Positions 42,600 to 57,063 of a stretch of 64,000 nucleotides of DNA are shown one piece after another (the first letter of the stretch is position 1; every line of letters begins with the position of its first letter). Source of the DNA: Octopus sinensis. Lineage: Eukaryota. A model generated the notes under the pieces. The model was not told the DNA's origin, ran no database searches, and saw only the letters and a list, made by a program, of their open reading frames with translations. Where the stretch lies: assembly GCF_006345805.1 (NCBI RefSeq), contig NC_043004.1, forward strand, positions 83,514,001 through 83,578,000, written 5' to 3'. A program made the position numbers and the translations under genes.

Positions 42600-43260
42600 T
42601 CTCTATTTTGTATCCTATCTAACTCAGAGTGGCGTTTGCGAAAATCATATAAGCCGGAATTTTCTAGAGTCCAGAGTGTGCCGCTTTTAAACCCTGAAAA
42701 TGTTCTTCTTCAATTTTTTCACATAAAGTTTGTCCTCGTGAAACAATTCATGAAGACACTCGTCAGGAAAGGCTCCAAAAGTTTTGAATATTTGGAGGCC
42801 AAATTTCCCAAAATCACCGGGGAAAATCTGAAGGAGGGTGTATTCATAGGTCCGCAGATAAAAGAACTCCTGAAGGACAACCACTTCCTCACAGCATTGG
42901 ATGAAATTAAGCTTAAGGCTTGTGAATCCTTCAAATGACTCTGTGAAGATTTCCTAGGCAACAAGGGATCTCTAGAGTTTAGAAATGGTGTGAATTGTCT
43001 TCTAGACTCCTACGCTGCAATGAGCTGTCGGATGCCACTAAAAGTCCATTTCCTTGATTCACATTTGGACTTTTTTGCAGAAAGCCTTGGAGCAGTGTCT
43101 GATGAGCAAGGATAACGCTTTCATCAAGATATTGCATCGATGGACAACGATATCAAGGATTTTGGAATGCAGGAATGTTAGCTGACTACTGTTGGATGTT
43201 ATATAGGGATGAACCTGAGACAAAACATCATAGAATTTCCAGATCCCAAAGATTTAAATT
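42600..43260 (+). mobile_element. DDE DNA-transposase relic, Chapaev/CMC-like
   Basis: HIKF...KFPKI...KEGVFIGPQI...FLGN...KVHFLDSHLDFF...GAVSDEQG*RFHQDI...LADYCW, with stops and a frameshift. Confidence 0.6.
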
Positions 43261-43292
43261 ATGTACAATAAAAAAGCCATGTGATATATATA

Positions 43293-43337
<45 letters not shown>

Positions 43338-43595
43338 CATGCATATACATATATATATTCAAAATAAATGAGGAGCACCCCGTGGGATATAAACAATAAC
43401 GAACATACACACAGACGTTACATGTATTGCCAGTTCATGTGCAGCCTGCAATTATACGCATAGCAGAATATATATTGTTAACAGCATGCGAATTAATTCG
43501 AATATACATACTTAAACTTATTATCACAGCCTGCCCATGAACTGGCCAATAACGTACATTTTATGTGTATGTACGAGATAATACATATATATATA

Positions 43596-46500
43596 TTGGT
43601 AAAAAACGGTAAGATAACAAAAGAAAGGAAGAGACTTCAATATTATGTAAATAGAGGAAATGTATCTGTAAATTAATATGTTACCATTATACAATAGTCA
43701 AGATAAAACTCTGAATTTCAGATGCCGAAGTGGAAATCCACAACACCGTCTCTTCGGTTATCTGGCCATCTGAAAAACGCTATGAAAAAATACCGTTATA
43801 TAAAGGGAAATTACTGTGTTATAATTCCGCTACTTATATAAATTAAGATTAAATGTTCATAGTAAACACCTAAATATGGCTACTCATACGTTCACATGTG
43901 GGCTCGCGGACCCACGTGCGGAGTAATACGTCACTATGAAAACGTACACATCTTCACTCGCATTTTTCGCCAAATGTATACGCATATATATACAAACTCA
44001 TACACACACACGCGTACCGTAAAAGTTCATACATACGTCTATATACGCACAAGCACATGGAAAAACATGGTTAAAGGTAACAATACAGAAAAAAACATAA
44101 AAAGTATACAAAGCATAAAAATCACGTTCATATACGGACATGCCCTTATGTACTCATACACCCCCCGCCCATATATGTACATACCCGCACATATTTATAT
44201 ACGCATACACACACACGCATACACCAAAAAGGAATATACATATCCCCCCCCCAAGAAAAAACTTTAAAAAATTGTAAAAATACTAAGTAAAAACGTCTAT
44301 ATATATATATATGTATTCTTATGTCCGCACATACGCACATATCTATATACATACACACCCGCCCACCCATACATATTCACATACGTGTACAAATAAATCT
44401 ATATACACGTCTATATAGGCACAGGAAAAAATGCCGGATGGAAGAGTACAGAAAAAGTATTATGTGTGAAAATATAAAAATATATGAAATAATAAAAGGT
44501 ATAATGAGATAAAAAATCTTTTGGACATAATATAGAAAGCAAGTTCTATCTGTTTTCTTGAGGGGACCAAAACGTAACAAAAATTTTGTCACATAAGGGC
44601 ATGACCCGAAAAGTTCTGTCCTTGAGTTTAGACATGTAGTAGGGTCTAAGCTGCTTTTCCAGATAAGCCATCTCTCCATGTCGTATAGACCGCACTTTCC
44701 GCTGCCGTTGGTGTAGGGCTTACATTTTGCCAAAATCTTCCAATGGATGTTATAATTGACACTTTTATCTTTTAATGACCAATATGATTAGATAATTTTG
44801 TCGCTTTTCTTTTGTTCCAGTGCCTAAAACTCAAGGTATGGTTATTGAACCTGGCCTTGAAATTACCCTCTGTAAGGCCCACGTATTTCTTCGTCGAAAC
44901 AGTGTCTTTATTGGTTACAGAGTCCACGGTAGCTTCATAGACGATGGTCTCGGACATGCAAGCTCCATTCAGCGGGCACAAATTTTTATTCCTGCATGAA
45001 CAGCTGTTTTCTTGTTGTGGTTTTTGCGTGTTATGTGTGATTATATTTTTAAAATTGGTAGTTGAACTAAAACTAATTTTAAAATTAGTTATTGAAGAGT
45101 TTCCTATAAGTGTGGTTAACTGTAAAATGTCTATCTATCAGTGTTAAGAAATATTTACCTATATTGAAGGTCACCTCGGGTGAGTAAGGGAGTGTAAACC
45201 AGATGATCTTCCTATTTATATTTTTCCTCTTCTTTACTGTTGGGCTAGTAACAGGTGTATATTTTATTTTTTCTCTAAAACCACTATCTTTTAAAGCCTT
45301 ATTATACACTGGGGCAACGCTATTATAAATGTCCTTATCGGAGGAGAGGCTAGAAATTCTCTTACTAATATTTTTAACTAAATTTTTGAATACTATAGGG
45401 GGATGGCAAGAACCTACATTAATATAACTAAGTCTATCATTGGGCTTCCTATAAGGCTTATAAATATTCTTATTTAAATCTAAGGAAACGTCTAGGAAAT
45501 TGACAACCGTCAGGTTAGTATCTATAGTTATACTAAGTCCGAAGTATTTCATTAATTGGATAATATCCTTCCTAAAACGATCCTGTGTTGGTCCATTTGT
45601 ATTAGCGGTTAAAGCGAGGGCATCATCTTTGTAGATGGCGAAATATACGTCAGGAAATGTGTTACCTAAAATATCTACGAGAAAAAATCCAATAAGATCG
45701 CAAATGCCTGCTCCATCATATGATCCCATGCTCACATCGAAAGCACCCTCTGTGTCGGTATTTTTGACCCATTTTGCGTTCTCGCTGAAAAGTAAGGTCT
45801 TTCTAGCATGGATGATTATGTCCTTATCCTGAGTACTGATTTCTATGAAATCGCTAGCGAAGACGAGGGCTTTATCTAGCATTTATTTAGAGATAGAGGC
45901 ATAAAAATCAACAATATCGAATTGTGTAAGCTTCGCTTTTTTCTTATTCTTAATGGCTTTAAACCAGTCTACGACTTCTATACTATTGGATCATTGTAGT
46001 AGCCTAGTAGCGGTCTTAATTTTCGCATTTATTTTACCTAAAATTTCTTTACTAATAATCCCAAGTTCTGACTCAGCTGGGTTGATAAGCCTACATTTAG
46101 CGTTGGAAAGGAAGTTCTCTTTGTGGTCTTTAATTGTAATAAAGGCCTCTTTTTTGGGAAGGACTTCTATTTTTTTTTATCTAATTTAAGTTTAGCGGCG
46201 ATAATGCTAGCTTCTTTATTATTTCATTATAGGTCTGTGGCCTAGCCTTAGTGTAATTATTAATGATGCTGTTGTGTAAGAGTTGTGAATATTTGCTGTT
46301 ATCTACTAGGTATAAGTTCTTGGTTTTATCCGAAAAAAGTGTTTTTTTCTTGGAGCTTTTTATATGTTTTATATCTTTTTTCAATTTATGTTGGAAATTG
46401 TTAAAGACTTACGAAATTTTATTTTATTCATAAGTTTCCATAGGTCCGCTTCGAAATCTTCCAAGCCTTTAATCTTGGGAGGGAATTGTTTAGATTTTAT

Positions 46501-47726
46501 ACGATAGAAAGTATTTTCCATGGTGTCCACTTCTGTATTAAAAAAGAAAGCTTTCTATCTCATGCGCTTAATTAGATCAGTAATTTTCAATAAAAGCTTC
46601 TTTGAATAGAGTTCCCTTGAAAGTATTGGTATGTTTTTCATAGAATAATCTATGTAATAGGCGTCCATATTAAATTCTTCTGTGTGTTAGAGTCCTCAAC
46701 CGATTTTAGGCGATAATTAAAAAAAGCCGTATTAACTCTTAGTGAAGAATAGCGTTGTTCGGGAGGTAACTTATTGGTAAAAACGGTAAGATAACAAAAG
46801 AAAGGAAGACACCTCAATATTATGTAAATAGAGGAAATGTATCTGTAAATTAATATGTTACCATTATACAATAGTCAACATAAAACTCTGAGTTTCAGAT
46901 GCCGAAGTGGAAATCCACAACACCATTCGGTTATCTGGCCATCTGAAAGTGCTATGAAAAATTACCGTTATATAAAGGGAAATTACTGTGTTATAATTCC
47001 GCTACTTATATAAATTAAGATTAAATGTTCATAGTAAACACCTAAATATGGCTACTCATACGCTCACATATGCGCTCGCGGACCCAAGTGCGGAGTAATA
47101 CGTCACTATGAAAACGTACACATCTTCACTCGCATTTTTCGCCAAATGTATACGCATATATATACAAACTCATACACACACACGCGTACCGTAAAAGTTC
47201 ATACATACGTCTATATACGCACAAGCACATGGAAAACATGGTTAAAGGTAACAATAGAGAAAAAAACATAATGAAGTATACAAAGCATAAAAATCACGTT
47301 CATATACGGACATGCCCTTATGTACTCATACACACCCCCGCCCATATATGTACATACCCGCACATATTTATATACGCATACACACACACGCATACACCAA
47401 AAAGGAATATACATATGCCCCCCCCCCCAAGAAAAAACTTTAAAAAATTGTAAAAATACTAAGTAAAAACGTCTATATATATATGTATTCTTATGCCCGA
47501 ACATACGCACACATCTATATACATACACACCCGCCCACCCATACATATTCACATACGTGTACAAATAAATCTATATACACGTCTATAGAGGCACAGGAAA
47601 AAATGCCGGATGGAAGAGTACAGAAAAAGTATTATGTGTGAAAATATAAAAATATATGAAATAATAAACGGTATAATGAGAAAAAAAACGTTTTGGACAT
47701 AATATAGAAAGCAAGTTCTATCTGTT
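43596..47726 (-). mobile_element. Penelope-like element (RT plus C-terminal GIY-YIG) with direct pseudo-LTRs
   Basis: Direct repeats of about 960 bp (43596-44554 and 46774-47726) flank a broken ORF: FDVSMGSYDG, IYKDD, VNFLDV; CSCRNKNLCPLNGAC linker; IVYEA...KYVGLTEG...RFNNH. Left end abuts (TA)n. Confidence 0.88.
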
Positions 47727-48325
47727 CCATCCCATGCAGCTGTGGCAGTTTATACAAAGGCGACACATGCCGATACGTCAAAATAAGGGTAGACGAACAT
47801 CGCAAAGCTGTGACACGAGGAGATATTGAAACATCGGGTATAGACCACCTCCCCCTGTGGGATGAAGTTAAAATAATAGACAGAGAACACCACTGGAAAA
47901 TACGAAAAAGAAGCAGCACATATGCTAGGATACAACAACCTCCTAAGCAGACTGAGTGCAGATATAAATAACATATGGGAACCGGTATTAAGGAAAAATA
48001 GAAAAAATATTAGATTTATAAGCCCTAAAATTCACTCCATAATTGCCCACGAGGCATAGTGGTTAAGAGCGCAGGCTACTAACCACAAGATACCGGTTCT
48101 ATTTCCGGTAATAGTAATAATAATGATAATAATAATAATAATAATAATATAATAATAATAATAATAATATAATAATAACAGCAGCAACAACATCGAAAAA
48201 TAACTTGGGAATGAGAACACAGGTTCAAAATTTCCCCAAGGCACCTGATGGAGGGTATATCAGCCAAAACGTTCTGTTACTAACAAAAAAGATCAGGACA
48301 AATATCCGTCAAATGTAAATAATGT
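47727..48325 (+). mobile_element. 3' remnant of a second Penelope-type family (GIY-YIG end plus UTR)
   Basis: IPCSCGSLYKGDTCR...RVDEHRKAV...KEAAHM, a Penelope/Poseidon-type endonuclease signature. Confidence 0.65.
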
Positions 48326-48690
48326 TCTTATTTTATAGCTGATGAACAGACGCTAGGCTATTTCATCACGTTAAAGGTGTGGACGGTTCAAGTAAAACTT
48401 AGTGATCCAAAATGGGTAGCTAAAAGTCAAAAGCTACAATGTGGGCAGCTAACGATCAAGAGCGATCAACCTCGCGCTACGTATATACAACCAGTAAGCC
48501 CTCGAATATCGCGGGTGTTACGTCTCAAATACACCCACGATAGTGGAAAATCCACGAAGTATAAACTGTACTGTACGGTATATTTATTATTATATTTTTA
48601 TAATTTGCACATATTTATTTTACTATAAATGTAAAACAACATTACGAGGGTTTCCTGTATATCTGTGTACGTATATATATATATTATATA

Positions 48691-48745
<55 letters not shown>

Positions 48746-48773
48746 CATATATATATATATATGTATATGTATA

Positions 48774-48804
<31 letters not shown>

Positions 48805-50014
48805 CTTTGCAAAGGGCTTCCACACACTTTTCGATAACCAGATTCAGTGATGAGATATTGATCAGTGTGGATCTTTATAAATGCCTGCTCGTGAATTTAA
48901 CGTGCAAATGGCTGAGTACTCCACAGACACGTGTTCACTTAACGTAGTTCTCGGGAAGATTGAGAGTGACACAGGGTGTGACAAAGCTTGCTCCTTCGAA
49001 ATACAGGTACAACAGAAACAAGAAGAAAGAGAGAAATTTGTAGTGAAAGAATACAGCATAATTCGCCATCACCCTTGTGGAGATTTAGGCGTTTTCGCTC
49101 AATAAACGCTCACAACGCCCGGTCTGGGAATCGGAACAGCGATCCTATGACCGCGATTCCGCTGCCATAACCACTGGGCTTTTGCTCCTCCACAGAAGAC
49201 TCATGTGCATAAGAGCTGAGTCCATATCACGTGGTGGCACAGGGAGCTGTTTAACAACACATTTCTGCTTCAGTATTTTCTGATGACATATTCGTCTTAC
49301 GAAGATGGCCAAATCTATGTTTCTCTGAAACATGTAATTGAAATCTCTAATTTTCAACGATTGGTTTCTAGGACTCCCTCCCTCTGTTGCTTTGCTTCAA
49401 AACTGACATCTTTTTCTTTTTTCTGAATGAGTATTTCATCATTCTTTTTATATTGGAAATTTTTTTATAGAACCATTATTTCTTTAAGAAAAATATGTGG
49501 AAGTAGTTCGGTTCAGCTATCGTTATGTGTTATATCCAGAACGTCTTTAGGAAGCTAAGATCTCTTTATCATGAATGCATACAATGTTTTTATTATATTG
49601 GTAACGTTCAGAAATAAAACCAACGCTGTGCAAACGCCCTGTAATCTAGGTTAGACAGTGTCAAATATCTGTTTATGTTAGATGTATTCTCTTTAATCGA
49701 AAATCTAAACATGTGTGTTGTGTTTAGAACCTACATTCTCACTTTTACATTTGAAACAGACGTTTTAATAAAATACTTAATACTCCCTAAATTCCCATAT
49801 GTTAACAAGAAATGTGAACGCTGAGAGGGGTAAAATATTAGTTATTGAGTAATTATAATTTCCCTCTTTCAGTGAGCTCGAGAGAAAATTATGAGGATGT
49901 CTCACTATAACACTTTAGCGTAGGAGTGGTTTTGATTCAAAGGATAACTTTAATGGTTCCAAATTCTTCTTAAAATATCAAAGAATACGTTTGATATTCC
50001 GATACGATATATAA

Positions 50015-50760
50015 ATATAGAGCGTGTCCCAAATGTCACTTATGGGTTTCAATTTTTAATAACTTCCTTAACGTTACAAATAAATGCATAAAATTTTGAT
50101 ACATTATAAAGGACATAAAAGAAATTGATATACGCAAGTTGTATTTTGCAACATTCTACATAAAAATATAAAAACTGACATAGCTTAAATGACAGCCATT
50201 CCGGCTTCACACGCTCGTGCTCTTTCCACATATTGCTGCATAACACCCTCGAATGTTTTCAGACACCACTTCTCTGATTTCTCTACCGATGTTCTCTTTC
50301 CGTTGCCTCATCGTCTCCGGTTTGTTGACGTAAACTCTCTCTTTCAGGTATCCCTCACAAGAGTAAAATCCGGGCTAGTCAATTCTGGGGAACGTGAATA
50401 CCAGTTGATATTGCCGTAGCGGGAGATTATGTTGTTTCCAAAGCACTGCCGTAGCAACTGCATTGTTTCTCCTGTGGTATGAGCAGTTGCCTCATCGTAT
50501 TGGAACCAGGTGTCAGGTTTACCTTGAATGGCCGAGCGCAAAAAGGTTTCAATCATGGATACTTGAAAGAGAGAGTTTACGCCAAGAAACCGTCAATAAT
50601 GCGTCATAATGCATTGCAGAAGTTTTGATATTTTTTAAGAGAGGCAATTACAGCTTTCGTATCTCATTACTCTACAAGCAATAATCTGACCTGCCAAATT
50701 CTGTTATCCCAGACAGGAGGATGCATCTGTAATAGCACTTTCAACACATCCTTTTAAACA
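50015..50760. mobile_element. Two Tc1/mariner-superfamily transposase C-terminal relics in opposite orientations
   Basis: Minus: WFQYDEATAH...RSPELTSPDF...YLKERVY. Plus from 50558: GYLKERVYAKKP. TIR-like GAGCGTGTCCC near 50020. Confidence 0.55.
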
Positions 50761-50769
50761 CTGTTTGTG

Positions 50770-51410
50770 ATAATTAACACGTTTTCAGATTGCAGATGGG
50801 ACGTGAACACAATTTTAACCTGAACAAATTCGTTATGCAAACATATAAAATGCTCCAAGCTACGTATGAGTTAAATTGCATGAGCATAAGATCTGTTTTT
50901 CGCAAACACAAGAGGTACAAGTACTTTAGAGAGGTGGCGAAAGACGTTCAGAGGTGTAGGATAGATAAGAATACCAGAACATCAGAACTGGTTGATGAAT
51001 TTAGCAGTTATCTAGATGAAGACGATGTTGTCTCTATAAAGACAAGAAATACAAAGTTTGGAGTTGGTGTGGAAAATTTACCCAGAATTATTCATGCTGT
51101 TTTGAACATGCACCCAGGATAATCACGACGAGAATCCTGATAAAGAATCCTGATAAAGAAGAACATGACAGAGAAGATGAACATAAACATTCTTCTTCAC
51201 CCACCCTGCAGTCCGGATCTGAGATCCAATGACATTTGGTTGTTCCTCATGTGGAAGCAAAAACAGAAACTCAAAGGCAGTAATTTCGGAGATGAGGGAC
51301 TCTCTGACAAAGGTTCGGGATTCTATCATTCTGGAGGACTTCCATGAAGGTGAAAGGAAGTTACTGGAGCGTTAGAGGTGCATTAAAGGGGGCCCTGGTT
51401 TGAAGGAGTT
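50770..51410 (+). mobile_element. Decayed, internally deleted mariner
   Basis: HTH-like TYKMLQATY...MSIRSVF...HKRYK, and HPPCSPDL...DIWLF...KLKG. Confidence 0.6.
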
Positions 51411-51724
51411 TAGAGTTTTTTTTACTTCTTTGAATTTAAACGTCTGACCAGAATATCTGGAATATTCTCTCTCTCTCTGCCTCTCTCTCTCTCTCTGTTT
51501 ATACATATGTGTGTGTGTGTCAGTCATTTGACTGTGGCCATACTGAGGCACTACACTGAAGAATTCTAATCGAAAGAATCGACCCCAGTATTTTGCTTCC
51601 CAACCACATGGTTCCGTATTCAGTCCTACTGCGTGGCACCTTAGGCAAGTGTCTTCTACTATAGCTCGGGACGACCAAAGCCTTGTGAGTGGATTTGGAA
51701 GACGGAACCTGAAAAAAGCCCGTC

Positions 51725-51797
<73 letters not shown>

Positions 51798-51887
51798 GTG
51801 TGTGTGTGTGTGTTTGTTTTTTGTGTCTGTGTTTGTCCCAGATTTTAATATGCTAGACTTCTAGTTTTAAATTGATATTAATCAAAT

Positions 51888-51926
<39 letters not shown>

Positions 51927-52439
51927 GTGTGTGTGTATGTGTATGTGTGTGTGTATATATATATATATATATCTATAATACCTATATGTATCTATCTATC
52001 TATATATACTTATATATTATTCCATATATTTGAAAGTCTATGGGGATGACTTAACACTGTTTTGTGTAAAGGTGATTTTCTAAATAAAAAAAAAAGATTT
52101 AAAAAAAATTTTATGAAATCTTTTATCAGGATGTTACTAACCATTTTAGGGAAGAATATTTTATTCTTAGTTTGTGAGCTCTCTCGGTTAACCTTTTCAA
52201 ACACACATTCTCTTAATATTAGTGTTTTTTTGTTCACTTATAATAAAAAAAAATTACATTAATACGATGGGTTTCTCTATATTTTTGTAGAGGACGTGTT
52301 TATAATATACAAGAATGTTGTTAACTATGACTTCGAAGCTCCAATGAAATCTTAGCTAGTCGAAACTTCGAAGTCACTGTCAGCAACATACTTCAATAAG
52401 AGAAATATATGTATGCATGTATATCTATATCTGTATCTA

Positions 52440-52534
<95 letters not shown>

Positions 52535-52775
52535 ATATCTATCTATCTATCTATCTATATATCTATATATATATATGTGTGTGTGTGTGTATGTGTGTGT
52601 GTGTATACATTCATATATATATATATATATATTACCGATATAGGTGCTCATGCAGCACCCTTGTGTATATATGTACATATCTAATATTGTATGTATATAT
52701 TTTATTAATTTGCCTGTATGGCTGATAATTCGCTTACCACTTGTGATGGTATTTTAATAACACCATCCCTATATT

Positions 52776-52847
<72 letters not shown>

Positions 52848-54563
52848 TGTGTGTGTTTATGTATATTTGAAGGGACGAACAACTTTTTCCTGTTTACTCA
52901 CTATACATGCTAGCATGAAGGAAGAATAAGTCTGTGGAACATAATGGTCCTTTGTATAGATATATAGATTATCCTATAAAGGAGAACAAAAATTAAGAGG
53001 AAAAAAAATCAGGTACATGTTTTTTTTTTAAATGTTTCGGATTCCTAATTTGAATAACTTTTCATAGCCCAAAATATATCTGGAGTTAAAAATTTTTCCA
53101 AAATATCTTTTTTAATAATTCTAACAACATAAAGAACTGCTAAAATTTGAGATACGTCCTTTCAATGAGAAAACACTCTGATTCACATCCCGCAACATGT
53201 CATTTTCTCTAAATTGTTGATTGTTTCCAAATGTAAAACGCAAACTTTGTAGGGACAGAGGTAGCTTCAAATGAATAGTCTCTATTGTATTATGTATATT
53301 TATTTTGGTCAAAGCTAAACAAAGCAGCATTTGAAATCCAAATGATGTATGTTTGAAGCTACTTTCTTGAAAGCAGATTGTAGGTTGTTTTCTATTTGGC
53401 GAGATTTATAGAACCACATATTTTTGTGCCACAAATTGGAACGTAATCTTCTAATCTTGTAGAAACATTATGTTCTTGAGCGATAACAAAAATGAAATCT
53501 AAAATATTTTACTAAAGGCTGTTTGACATTTTCTGTCGCACTCAGCGAATCTTTACAATTTTAAAACTTCATATTTATTTTTATTAGACTCTCTACATAT
53601 TTTGTAAATTACTTCTCTCACTTCGATATATTCTCTCTCTATTGTTTATATTTTTACTTTAAACAAATATTATTTTCTACACTTAAGGGAATTTCTCACG
53701 TTTTTACATCCACATTCTCTTAAAACATAATTCTTTATCCATTATCTCTAATTTACTCTGAGGTTTTATATTTAATTTCTTTCTGAAAGTCCCTTGCTTT
53801 CTCTATCTCTGTCTCAGTTTGTTTTTAATTTTACCTTAATTATAGCTATCCAAACTTCCCTTTTCGTTTCCAACAACGCGGCTTTGTTTCTTTTCCTATC
53901 ACATGGTTATGGCAGCAAACATTTCACTCTGCCTCTCTACTTACAAAATCCCAGATCTTTCGGGCTATATCTGACCTACATCTTATCCTCTAATTACATT
54001 TTTCTTACTCACTCATTCTCACAACCCTGTTCCTGTATTTACCAAACTCTCAGTCATTTAATCCCTTCCTTACTGTAAACCGCACCCTTTGTCTTTCTCT
54101 CTACCTCGCTATTTCACCCTCTCTCTCTCTCTCCCTCTCCGCCTCTCTCTCTCTCTCTCTCTCAGGCTTTCCATGCTATTTTTCCTCACTGCTTTTATTT
54201 CAAAACATCACCCCCTACAACTATTTATCAGTGATCACAATATGTCTATTTACTCATTACAGGAGATCTGTTTCAGAAACACACAACCGCTTTGTATTAG
54301 AGGTTGCCTCATAAGCGCGAAACAAAAAATAAAAACAAACAACAGACTTTAATAATTATGTTGACTCAATATGCTTTTTACATTTACTTATTTAAAGTTT
54401 TTGCACCACGGCTATGCAGGCGCCCTGTTTTGAAGGATTAAGTCGAACAAGTCGAGGTCATATCATATAAACAATCCTGGTTCATATCATATCACTTGCT
54501 TTTTGATGAACCGCAAAGTTACGCGGAGGTAAACAAACCAATACTGGTTATAAACAAATACGC

Positions 54564-54598
<35 letters not shown>

Positions 54599-54794
54599 CA
54601 CACACATGCACACATGCACGCAAATGCACGCATATGAGCACATATATGTATGTATATATTTATACATACATAAATATATATATATGTGTGAGTATGTGTG
54701 GGTGTGTGGGTACGGTTAACTGAGCTCGACGAGGTGGGCTTCTGTAGGAGGTCTACGAAACATTAAAGTCGCTGTCACCAAATCAAACTATTTT

Positions 54795-54832
<38 letters not shown>

Positions 54833-56024
54833 GAGAGAGAGAGAGGAGAGAGAGAGAGCGGGAGGCAGACAGAGATAGATAGATAGATACATACATACAT
54901 AGATACATAGATACATACATATATAGATTCTTACATGCATGCATGCATACATACATAGATACATACATGCATACGTATGTACATACATAGTACATACATA
55001 CATACATACATACATACATACATACATACATACATACATACATACATACATACATACGTACATACATACATACATACATACATACATACATACATACGTA
55101 CACACCTACTCAAACGACAGACTTCCTCATCATTTCAGTCACCGAAATTTATTCATAAGGCATTTGGTGGCCATCGCCTCTGGGAAGGTACTTACCCAGA
55201 GTATCCGCAAAAAGGACTGAACCAAACATCACGTGGTTACGAAGTGAACAAACATTTATGCATTTGTGATTTGTATGTATGTATGTATGTATGTATGTAT
55301 GTATTTGGGCGTGCATGCGTTCGTGTGTATATAGATTTGCTTGCGTCTATCGTCTGGTCAAGATTTACTTCCCGACATCGGTTAATCACTAACCATAATC
55401 CTTAGCTGATCGAAATCGAGAAATTTTTGAGGAATTTATCAATATTTTGTATCTTTTCCCTTTTACTTGATTCAGGCATTGGCCTGCCCTCATGCTGAGG
55501 CACCAGCTTGAATAAATCATTCCACTGACATCACTTATTGCTTTCGCCTCGGGTACTTGTCTTATCGACGATTTTCTCTGAACTGGTAAATACGGAAAAG
55601 TAAACAAACCAACCGGTCATCAAGCGGTATAGTTGAGACACACACACACACACACATATAAATAAATGTTAACAACTCCCGTACGTTAATGCCTAAACGG
55701 ACGTAATGTTCTATGATAAAAGATATTGACGCTGGAATTGATAGATTTGACAGAAAAGTGGATTTCTTAATTTCAGCCATTTGCAGTTTGAGTTCAAATA
55801 CAACTAAATTTGAATCCCAACCTATCAAATTTCGGGCCTGTGATTATATTAGAAACTATGATTTAAAAAATTATCTTTAATTAAAAAGCATTGGCATAAC
55901 TGAATGAAAGGGAGCTCGCAGTACCATGACTTGACAGCTTCCGCAAGTGTCTGCTACTATAACTCTTGCCCAAATCCTCCTTTCCGTGAACTTGGTAGAC
56001 GAAAGCCACGTAGAAACTCCACAA

Positions 56025-56070
<46 letters not shown>

Positions 56071-56721
56071 TACACACACAAACGCCCACACACACAAACA
56101 ATCATACACACACATTATATACATACATATACATATAGAGAGTTTATGAGAGGTAATGGTGTCATTAAGACCCAAAGGTGTTAGGTAATGCTGAATGAGT
56201 ACTATAGAAATACCACAGTTAAGTTCCAGGTTCGGTGATTATGCGAATAAAGGGTTATGAATATGTATATATATATATATATATATAGCTACATACATAA
56301 AAACATACATAAATACACAAAATGACATATTGCATGTGATCTTGGTGAACCTGGATCACAAATTTCGAAAGGTAAACTTCTATTTCGTAGCCTGTATTCT
56401 TCAGATTCAGAATACACATCGCTATACACATCGCTATATCTTACGTTGAATGGTTAGAAGAGATGTCCTCATGAGGTTACAAAAAAACCCAGATAATTCC
56501 GTTCGAACGGGGCAGCCATGTTGAAGTGGCTACGAATAATACTTGATAGTGCCATTGTTGCACTCATCTGTTAGATATATCTAAATGAGGTACGAAACCA
56601 AGCTTTTAGTTTAATAATTCTTTTATTACCATTTTTTTTCGTGAGAAATCTATCAGTAACTAAGATCCCTTGACTGCCTTTTTCCTTCAAAGAATTTTAA
56701 AGTTTTGTTTCCTTCTTGTAT

Positions 56722-57063
56722 GGGAAGGGCTGCTAAGCTTAAACGAGGTTGCGGTGGCGAACGCGTAATTCAAGTTTGAACAGGACACTGACAAGAACAC
56801 GTCTTACTTGTTCAAGCTATAACGGAGAGAAAGGAAGAAACAGAAGTTAGGAGAAGAAATAAAGATGGCTGATGGTCACGTGAGCAAGGGAGAAGGAGTG
56901 AGGGAGAGGTGACCATCAGCCATCTTTCTTCTTCTAGCTTCTGTTTCTTACCTTCTTTCCGTTGTTTCTTGAATAAGGAAGACGTGTTCTTGTCTGTCTC
57001 GTGTCCAGGCTTGATTTTTGCGTTCACCGCCACAGCTTCGTTTAGGCTAAACAGCCCTTCCCG
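56722..57063. repeat. Imperfect hairpin, about 155-bp arms and 28-bp purine loop
   Basis: AGATGGCTGATGGTCAC / GTGACCATCAGCCATCT at the loop base. Arms differ mainly by transitions. Confidence 0.8.

Noticed and set aside
53300-53460. LWHKNMWFYKSRQIENNL resembles LWLLAMYSYRLQQIFTCL at 58.6 kb
   Set aside because: Short match with only about half nucleotide identity and no flanking support.
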